In this document: piece by piece, positions 1-5,578 of the stretch
Numbering within the stretch: position 1 is the first letter of the stretch
Layout: the number at the start of each line of letters is the position of its first letter
Source: Halalkalibacterium halodurans
Lineage (GTDB): Bacteria > Bacillota > Bacilli > Bacillales > Bacillaceae_D
Length of the DNA stretch: 26,535 bases
Direction of reading: 5' to 3'
Assembly: GCF_004376175.1 (NCBI RefSeq)
Contig: NZ_SNUY01000061.1
Span: 1 to 26,535, forward strand
The notes under the pieces: model-generated
Database searches by the model: none
Seen by the model: the letters and a program-made list of their open reading frames with translations, nothing else
Told to the model about the DNA's origin: nothing
Translations under genes and position numbers: made by a program

Positions 1-410
1 AGTTCATGTACTTTATCTAAAAGTTCTTGGTTAGCGTGATGTAATTGTTCAATGGACTCATGATCAAATCGTGTATAAAAGCGAGATAAACTTGGTTGAG
101 AAGCTAAGGAGTCAGTCCCAATCATTTGGGTGAAAACAGGATCATTCGTCAATTGATCGGCCGCATCATCCTCAGCATAACCAGCGATGAGTTGAAAAAG
201 CTTTTGACGAAGTAGATTTTCATTTGAATGAACATGGTATTTTCTCTCGTCGTTCAGATGCAGGTGTTGAACAAGAGTATCAGAGAATCCGATTTTTTCA
301 TCAAACTCTCGAAAAACGAATTCACCTGTATCAGAAGAAAGAGAGCCTCCATCAGTTGATAATTTAATTTGACGATTGAAATCTAGTGTTAATTGCGGTA
401 AAGTAGCCAT
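1..410 (-). mobile_element. IS1380-family DDE transposase gene, N-terminal ~136 codons; the ORF continues beyond the left edge
   Basis: Not in the ORF track because it is truncated. My translation from ATG at 410..408: MATLPQLTLDFNRQIKLSTDGGSLSSDTGEFVFREFDEKIGFSDTLVQHLHLNDERKYHVHSNENLLRQKLFQLIAGYAEDDAADQLTNDPVFTQMIGTDSLASQPSLSRFYTRFD... The pattern (S/T)xxGG, LLRQ..xxLIAGYxDxxDAxxLxxDP and ASQP(S/T)LSRF is what I recall for the N-terminal region of IS1380-type (DDE_Tnp_1 group) transposases. AAAGGA lies 9 nt upstream of the ATG. Element ends were not identified. Confidence 0.6.
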
Positions 411-547
411 TATAAGAATCCTTTCTGTGGTTATTTCATCGTTGCTTTAACCATATCAGAAATGGATTCTTTTTTCATTTATTTGATGCATGGACCATTT
501 AGCTCAATACCTTGATAGATAAGCATTATTTGGGCATTAAAGGTTTT

Positions 548-829
548 TTATGAATAATTCAGGTTTAATGCAATATTTTCATCCCTCAAAAAAACAGCCC
601 TGTATATAAATAAACCTATAAGTACAAGACTCACTATAAGAGGAAATGATATAATAACCGCAAAAAGTATATTTTGCCATAGAAGCGCGAAATACACCGA
701 TCGTTTACTCCATTGGTTCTCTTTCTTTATCTTCTGATAAAAAAAGCCGATCTCCGTCTTTCTTGCTTTTAATGTGTCTACAAATAGATGAATCAGCCTC
801 ATGATTGTCACCTTTATTTCAGATCCCAA
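548..829 (-). CDS. hypothetical small membrane protein (93 aa; the start could be the internal Met10)
   Basis: ORF-track ORF in an AT-rich segment. The C-terminal half has hydrophobic stretches (ALLWQNILFAVIISFPLIVSLVLIGLFIY) compatible with 1-2 TM helices. I recognise no family and see no clear RBS. Confidence 0.3.
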   Translation of the reverse strand: MGSEIKVTIMRLIHLFVDTLKARKTEIGFFYQKIKKENQWSKRSVYFALLWQNILFAVIISFPLIVSLVLIGLFIYRAVFLRDENIALNLNYS

Positions 830-1337
830 TTAAATCGTACCCAGCGAAAAAGTGGCTCGTGAACTACTTCGTTACCCACACTACCTTACTATTCCGACTA
901 AGCAATTCTCTCGGAACGAGATGTTTTACAAATGAGCGTAAAAAGTACGTGAGAAAAAAGAAATTGTCTTATCCACACCAAAGTCTCTATGCAAACTCTC
1001 GCAAGCAATCCTTCATTCCTTGCCATCGTTAGCATAGACCCCCTTACATGGATGACTTTGGATAAAACTACGTATCTATTGTACAAATTTCATATCGTGA
1101 AAGGAACCTTATCACAGCGATTAGGGTCTAAGGTCTTTAGATTATAAAAAACGAATAGGTGTATAGGTCTAATATGGGGGATGAGGTGAAATAAACAGGA
1201 GGGGTTTATAGTTCTTTTATAATTCTAGTGTTCCAATGAAAATATGCCATTTGGACCATATTCATCCTTTTACATGGCGCAACACTTAAACACGTTTGGT
1301 CATTTAAATCAATAGGAACGTTTTCCACAACAGATGA

Positions 1338-1379
1338 CCCCGCGCTTCGGTGCCGTACCGATACGCGGGGCTCTTTTCC
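1338..1379. terminator. strong hairpin immediately downstream of the moaA stop; orientation ambiguous
   Basis: CCCCGCG (1338-1344) pairs with CGCGGGG (1364-1370), with inner TCGGT/ACCGA pairing. The T-rich tail (CTCTTTTCC, 1371-1379) follows on the plus strand only. On the minus strand, the moaA sense, the hairpin is followed by TCATCTGTTG. Confidence 0.45.
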
Positions 1380-1380
1380 A

Positions 1381-2397
1381 TCAGCCACCGATATGTGACA
1401 TTTCAACTTTTTTCCGTTTGTTCGTATGGCTCGTTCGCTTGAGCGAGTATTGATCGTCACGCACATGCCAAATCGCGGCAAGCTTTTGCTGGATCGCCTC
1501 ATCCGATGCGCCGCTGCGAAGAAGCTCGCGGAAGTCGTGACCTTTTGTCGCAAAGAGGCATGTGTAAAGCTTTCCTTCTACAGATAACCTTGCTCGGTTA
1601 CACGTTGTGCAAAAGGCGTCGGTTACTGACGAAATGACGCCAATTTCCACCGAAGTTCCCTTATAGCGATACCGCGTCGCAACCTCGCTTGGATAATCCG
1701 ACTCGACCGGCTCAAGCGGATGGACTTTATGAATCATCTCGAGAATGTCTCGCTTTGCGACGACATCATCCATGCGCCAGCCATTGGAGTTTCCTACGTC
1801 CATGTATTCAATAAACCGGAGCGTGTACCCTTTTTCCTTAAAAAATTGTGCCATCGGCAATACATCCTGGTCGTTCACTCCTTTTTGCACGACCATATTT
1901 ACTTTTACGCCAAGCCCCGCCTCCTTTGCGGCCTCCATTCCGTCAAGAACTGGCTTCGTCCCGATCCCTCGACCATTGATCTTGCCGAAGCGCTCATCAT
2001 CCAAGCTGTCTAAGCTGACAGTCACTCGTTTCAGCCCTGCTTTTTTCAGCTTGTCAGCCATTTTCGGTAGCAGCGTGCCATTCGTTGTCATCGCTACATC
2101 CTCAATGCCTGTTGTTGCGGTTAGCATGGAAATGAGCTGATCTACATCTTTCCGCATGAGCGGCTCACCGCCGGTAATGCGGATTTTTTTTATCGGGGAG
2201 GTTTGATGAAATAAATGAACGAGCCGGTTGGTTTCCTCAAAACTAAGAATCTCAGTCTTTTTTAAAAAAGGATAGTCAGGTCCAAAAATGTCGGCGGGCA
2301 TACAATAGTGACAGCGAAAGTTACAACGATCAGTAACAGAGATTCGCAGATCTCGGAACGGGCGATTAAGTCGGTCGGTCATCGGTTGAGTTCCCAT
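1381..2397 (-). CDS. moaA: GTP 3',8-cyclase MoaA (molybdenum cofactor biosynthesis, radical SAM)
   Basis: 338-aa ORF with the radical-SAM CNFRCHYC (Cx3Cx2C) cluster near the N-terminus, a second C-terminal Cys cluster (CTTCNRARL...YTC) and a terminal GG. The ATG is 9 nt after GGAGG and 1 nt after the fdhD stop. Confidence 0.95.
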   Translation of the reverse strand: MGTQPMTDRLNRPFRDLRISVTDRCNFRCHYCMPADIFGPDYPFLKKTEILSFEETNRLVHLFHQTSPIKKIRITGGEPLMRKDVDQLISMLTATTGIEDVAMTTNGTLLPKMADKLKKAGLKRVTVSLDSLDDERFGKINGRGIGTKPVLDGMEAAKEAGLGVKVNMVVQKGVNDQDVLPMAQFFKEKGYTLRFIEYMDVGNSNGWRMDDVVAKRDILEMIHKVHPLEPVESDYPSEVATRYRYKGTSVEIGVISSVTDAFCTTCNRARLSVEGKLYTCLFATKGHDFRELLRSGASDEAIQQKLAAIWHVRDDQYSLKRTSHTNKRKKVEMSHIGG

Positions 2398-2398
2398 G

Positions 2399-3211
2399 TC
2401 ATTGAACCTCCTTTTTTGGTGTAAGAATCCGCTCTGGAACGGTGTAAATATTCATCCGTCCGTCACGGATAAAGCCAGCGGTCGTGACATTTAATTCCTC
2501 AGCCATCGTCAATGCCAGCTCGGTTGGTGCCGATTTGGACAGCATGATGCCGACGCCAATTTTAGCTGCCTTTAATAGGACTTCCGACGATATCCGGCCG
2601 GAAAACAACAGCACTTTATCGCGGACAGGTACGCCGTTCATTAGACAGTATCCGTACAGTTTATCTAACGCATTATGGCGACCAATATCGGTGCGGGAGA
2701 TGAGCATTTGTTCTGGGGTTGCAAGGGCGGCGTTATGGACGCCTCCTGTTTGCTGAAAAATGACGCTTTGCTCCTGAAGGGCTTCCATCAAGCGAAAGCA
2801 TTGTTCAGGCGTAATCGTCGTCCGGCTCGTGGACGTCTTAGCCGTTTTTGCGTCATTGTGAAAATAAAAGGATTGTCGGCTCTTTCCGCAGCAAGAACCG
2901 ATCATTCGTTTGGAGTAAAATTGCCATTCGGTTGGCAGCTCTTTCGTGAGAGAAACATAGGCAAACCCACGCGATTCATCGATGGAAAGGGAGGCGACAT
3001 CTTGTTTGTAAAATCGAATGAGTCCCTCTGAGCCTAAAAACCCAATCACCATTTCTTCTAGATCGGCCTGCGTACAGACCATCGTCGCAAACTCACGATC
3101 ATTTACATAGATCGTCAGCGGGTATTCACGTGCCACCTGATCCTCTCGATGTACAACGTTTTGATCGGTAATTGAAATAATTTTTCGCGTTGCTTGCATA
3201 GGGTTTGTCAA
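2399..3211 (-). CDS. fdhD: formate dehydrogenase accessory sulfurtransferase FdhD
   Basis: 270-aa ORF of FdhD/NarQ family appearance: cysteine loop [16 protein letters not shown] and GRHNALDKL motifs. The track start is TTG at 3211, 4 nt after GGTGAGG. An alternative start is ATG at 3199. Confidence 0.9.
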   Translation of the reverse strand: MTNPMQATRKIISITDQNVVHREDQVAREYPLTIYVNDREFATMVCTQADLEEMVIGFLGSEGLIRFYKQDVASLSIDESRGFAYVSLTKELPTEWQFYSKRMIGSCCGKSRQSFYFHNDAKTAKTSTSRTTITPEQCFRLMEALQEQSVIFQQTGGVHNAALATPEQMLISRTDIGRHNALDKLYGYCLMNGVPVRDKVLLFSGRISSEVLLKAAKIGVGIMLSKSAPTELALTMAEELNVTTAGFIRDGRMNIYTVPERILTPKKEVQ

Positions 3212-3248
3212 CTTTCCTCACCTTCCTCCACAGGTGAAATTAGCTTAC

Positions 3249-3277
3249 ATTTAATCATAGATTGAGAAAATTCACAA
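3249..3277 (-). promoter_or_regulatory. candidate sigma-A promoter for fdhD-moaA
   Basis: On the minus strand: TTGTGA, a 17-nt spacer including a TGn extended -10, then TTAAAT. It lies about 30 nt upstream of the fdhD start. Confidence 0.35.
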
Positions 3278-3381
3278 GTCTACTTCCAAGAGTAAATAAA
3301 AAAAGCTGGACGGGACATCGGTTTTTCCTTCCTCTGTTCATCTGGTACGTGAGTGACCCTATTCATCAACTAAAAAAGCTC

Positions 3382-3411
3382 TTGTCAATGTATCCGTTTT
3401 CATGATAGAAT
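3382..3411 (+). promoter_or_regulatory. candidate sigma-A promoter for the OFA transporter gene
   Basis: TTGTCA (3382-3387), an 18-nt spacer and TG-a-TAGAAT (3406-3411), which is an extended -10. The -10 sits inside the inverted repeat CCGTTTT-N12-AAAACGG (3394-3419). Confidence 0.5.
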
Positions 3412-3419
3412 CAAAACGG

Positions 3420-3651
3420 ATTTATTCACAATTTTGCAACATTTTGCTCGAGAAGGATGGACACGGGATAGCGAACCTGTCGCCGGTTATCCTTTCAGCA
3501 AATGGACATCAAACGCTCCGTTTGGTTCAGCAGCAGCGTACCTGTTTGTTGGCTAAACCGTCGTCTTCTTCGCACGTTATGTGCATTTGAAGCTCGGCGG
3601 TTTTTTGTTTTAATTGTAACCGAAAAAATGATGTTGGGGAGTGAATAATCG
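3420..3651 (+). promoter_or_regulatory. long structured 5' leader containing an intrinsic terminator (attenuator or riboswitch-like, unclassified)
   Basis: About 230 nt lie between the predicted TSS and the ATG at 3652. Elements seen: a hairpin at 3452-3495 with loop GAUAGCGAA; boxes AGCGAACCTGT (3470-3480) and AGCGTACCTGT (3535-3545); GGCTAA (3551-3556); and a terminator at 3555-3610. Confidence 0.5.
3555..3610 (+). terminator. intrinsic terminator inside the transporter leader
   Basis: AAACCGTCG (3555-3563) pairs with CGGCGGTTT (3595-3603, one G-U pair). Internal pairs are CTTC/GAAG and GCAC/GTGC. TTTTTTGTTTT follows. Confidence 0.55.
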
Positions 3652-4911
3652 ATGAAAACGACAAAAAACCGTTGGCTCATTGCGCTTGCGGCAGTTGGAA
3701 TCCACATTTCGATCGGCTCGGTCTATGCTTGGAGCGTCTTTACGAATCCATTGATTGAGCAATTCGGTTGGGGTTTGGGGGAAGTGTCCTTAACATTTAG
3801 TATCGCCATTGCGTTCCTCGGCGTTTCCGCAGCGTTTATGGGGCACTTCGTCGAAAAACATGGACCGCGAAAATCAGGGATGGTGGCTGCCTCGTTTTTC
3901 GGACTCGGTACCTTAGGCGCAGGGCTCGCCGTTTCTCTTGAATCTCTTTGGCTGCTCTATTTTTCCTATGGGGTCCTTGGCGGATTTGGACTCGGTGTTG
4001 GCTACATAACCCCTGTCTCTACCCTCGTCAAATGGTTTCCCGACCGGCGCGGCTTAGCGACAGGACTGGCGATCATGGGCTTTGGCTTCGCCTCCCTCGT
4101 GTTTAGCCCGATCATGAATGCGTTCATTACATCTGTCGGTATTGCTGCAACCTTTTTTATCCTTGGTGGCCTTTACATGATCATTATGTTTACCGCTGCT
4201 CTATACTTAGAGCCACCCCCTCAGGGCTGGGTACCTGCTGGTTTTATAGAAGCAAAAACGGAAATTGGTCGTTTGCAAAAGCAGGATCTCTCACAACTAA
4301 CGGCTAATGAAGCGGTAAAGACGAAACGGTTCTGGTTCCTATGGACGATGCTTTTCATTAACGTCACATGTGGGATCGCGATTTTAGCCGTTGCCTCGCC
4401 AATGGCGCAAGAGATTACGGGCATGACAGCAGCAACAGCGGCAACAATGGTTGGACTTATGGGGCTTTTTAATGGACTGGGACGAATCGGCTGGGCGTCC
4501 ATTTCTGATTACATTGGGCGACCGAACGTATACACTGCCTTTTTCCTTATTCAAATTGTCGCCTTCGTGATGCTCCCTTCGATCACGCACGTGCTATTGT
4601 TTCAAGTGGTGCTCTTTTTCATCATGACTTGTTACGGCGGTGGGTTTGCGTCGATTCCTGCTTACATTGGGGATCTGTTTGGTACGAAGCAGCTCGGTGC
4701 GATTCATGGCTACATTTTGACAGCCTGGGCATTAGCGGGACTCGTTGGACCTATGATTGCTTCGTATATTCGCGAGACGACGAATAGCTATGCAGGCACC
4801 CTTTACATTTTTACCGGCATGTTTATAGTCGCCCTTGCCGTTTCCCTTTTTATTCGTGTGGACATTCGTCAGTTGCGCGCACAAAGCAACAAACAGGGAC
4901 TCGTGAGCTGA
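3652..4911 (+). CDS. MFS transporter, oxalate/formate antiporter (OFA) family
   Basis: 419-aa ORF, hydrophobic throughout with about 12 spans. The N-terminal NRWLIALAAVGIHISIGSVYAWSVF and the WFPDRRGLATG loop are typical of OFA-family MFS proteins. RBS GGGGAG lies upstream of the ATG. Confidence 0.85.
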   Translation: MKTTKNRWLIALAAVGIHISIGSVYAWSVFTNPLIEQFGWGLGEVSLTFSIAIAFLGVSAAFMGHFVEKHGPRKSGMVAASFFGLGTLGAGLAVSLESLWLLYFSYGVLGGFGLGVGYITPVSTLVKWFPDRRGLATGLAIMGFGFASLVFSPIMNAFITSVGIAATFFILGGLYMIIMFTAALYLEPPPQGWVPAGFIEAKTEIGRLQKQDLSQLTANEAVKTKRFWFLWTMLFINVTCGIAILAVASPMAQEITGMTAATAATMVGLMGLFNGLGRIGWASISDYIGRPNVYTAFFLIQIVAFVMLPSITHVLLFQVVLFFIMTCYGGGFASIPAYIGDLFGTKQLGAIHGYILTAWALAGLVGPMIASYIRETTNSYAGTLYIFTGMFIVALAVSLFIRVDIRQLRAQSNKQGLVS

Positions 4912-4941
4912 TTGACAGAAAATGAAGGCGCAAGCTATGAT
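4912..4941 (+). promoter_or_regulatory. candidate sigma-A promoter for the DUF2294 gene
   Basis: TTGACA (4912-4917) starts directly after the transporter stop codon. An 18-nt spacer precedes TATGAT (4936-4941). There is no terminator between the transporter gene and this promoter. Confidence 0.5.
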
Positions 4942-4968
4942 GAAGGAGAAGAATACTAGAGGAAACGA

Positions 4969-5358
4969 TTGGGTCATAAAGGGCTGAAAAACATGAATAA
5001 ATACGAAGCTGAATTTAGTAATCTCGTACGTGCTTTCCGAAAAAAGCATATGGGCAAAGGCCCAAGTAAGATTAACACTACCTTTTGTAAGAACTGGGCA
5101 ATCTGTGAAATGGAAGGCAACCTCTCACCTGTAGAAAAATTTATTGCCAGCGCCGATGAAGGAAAACAAATGCTAAGAGCCGCTCGAACCGAGATGGTGA
5201 AAGAAATGTATCGAAAAAACCGCCCAGTGGAAATGGAAAGCTTCCTGGGCACCGAGCTTGTCGATCTTTTTGTTGACATTGATATTGAACGAGATTTCGG
5301 CATGTCTGTGTTTGTGTTTGCTGATAACATTGAAGAAAAATTTTCCAAAAAGCGTTGA
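4969..5358 (+). CDS. DUF2294 (MpsC-like) family protein
   Basis: ORF-track ORF of 129 aa. The core EAEFSNLVRAFRKKHMGKGPSKINT...LSPVEKFIA...GKQMLRAARTEMV...RP.ME matches my memory of the DUF2294 pattern (E.EI.N.I..F.KE..GRGP..I.T...L.P.EK.L...G...V...R). The start is either TTG at 4969 (AGAGGA 5 nt upstream) or ATG at 4993. Confidence 0.7.
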   Translation: MGHKGLKNMNKYEAEFSNLVRAFRKKHMGKGPSKINTTFCKNWAICEMEGNLSPVEKFIASADEGKQMLRAARTEMVKEMYRKNRPVEMESFLGTELVDLFVDIDIERDFGMSVFVFADNIEEKFSKKR

Positions 5359-5578
5359 GCCTGCGTCAATAGCGCTCCTGTTTGCGTCAGGATCGACCGC
5401 TTAACAGCTTAACTGGATTTTTGTTGTTGGTACTTGATAGCGCTCCTGTCAAAGGCTAACCGCTGCATATTCGACTTGAAGCTTCCTTCAGCGAATACCA
5501 GCGGTTTTTTTTCACTATCGAACACTTGCTTCACTTACGGTCGTAACCTTTACGAGCCATAAGAAAGGATGATCATGA
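5359..5578 (+). promoter_or_regulatory. intercistronic leader with an intrinsic terminator upstream of the molybdoenzyme gene (attenuator-like, unclassified)
   Basis: Boxes AGCGCTCCTGT occur at 5371-5381 and 5439-5449, GGCTAA at 5454-5459, and a terminator at 5458-5512. About 65 nt then follow before the ATG at 5579. Confidence 0.5.
5458..5512 (+). terminator. intrinsic terminator between the DUF2294 gene and the YdeP-family gene
   Basis: AACCGCTG (5458-5465) pairs with CAGCGGTT (5499-5506). Inner pairs are TATTCG/CGAATA and TGAAG/CTTCA. A run of eight T follows (5505-5512). Confidence 0.6.

Noticed and set aside
1244-1297. 17-codon plus-strand ORF (MKICHLDHIHPFTWRNT) upstream of the plus-oriented hairpin
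   Set aside because: There is no Shine-Dalgarno sequence at a usable distance, and it is too short to support from sequence alone.
1206-1553. 115-aa minus-strand ORF overlapping the moaA 3' end and the downstream hairpin
   Set aside because: It overlaps moaA out of frame, has an odd Arg/Ser-rich composition and no RBS. It is typical of a spurious ORF.
3402-3590. 62-aa plus-strand ORF inside the transporter leader
   Set aside because: Its ATG lies inside the predicted -10 region, upstream of the likely TSS. It has no RBS and runs through the leader hairpins.
3212-3651. Possible Moco riboswitch (moaA/fdhD context), or a ykkC-like or ZTP (pfl) motif
   Set aside because: I could not find the conserved Moco-motif segments as I remember them. 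CUCGAGAAGG...ACACGGGAUA vaguely resembles the 3' half of ykkC (GGUCCGAGAG...ACACGG.GGGA), but the 5' GGGUUCCG part and the CCCGGGAG tail are absent. The ZTP pseudoknot sequence CCGCCUGGGC is also absent.
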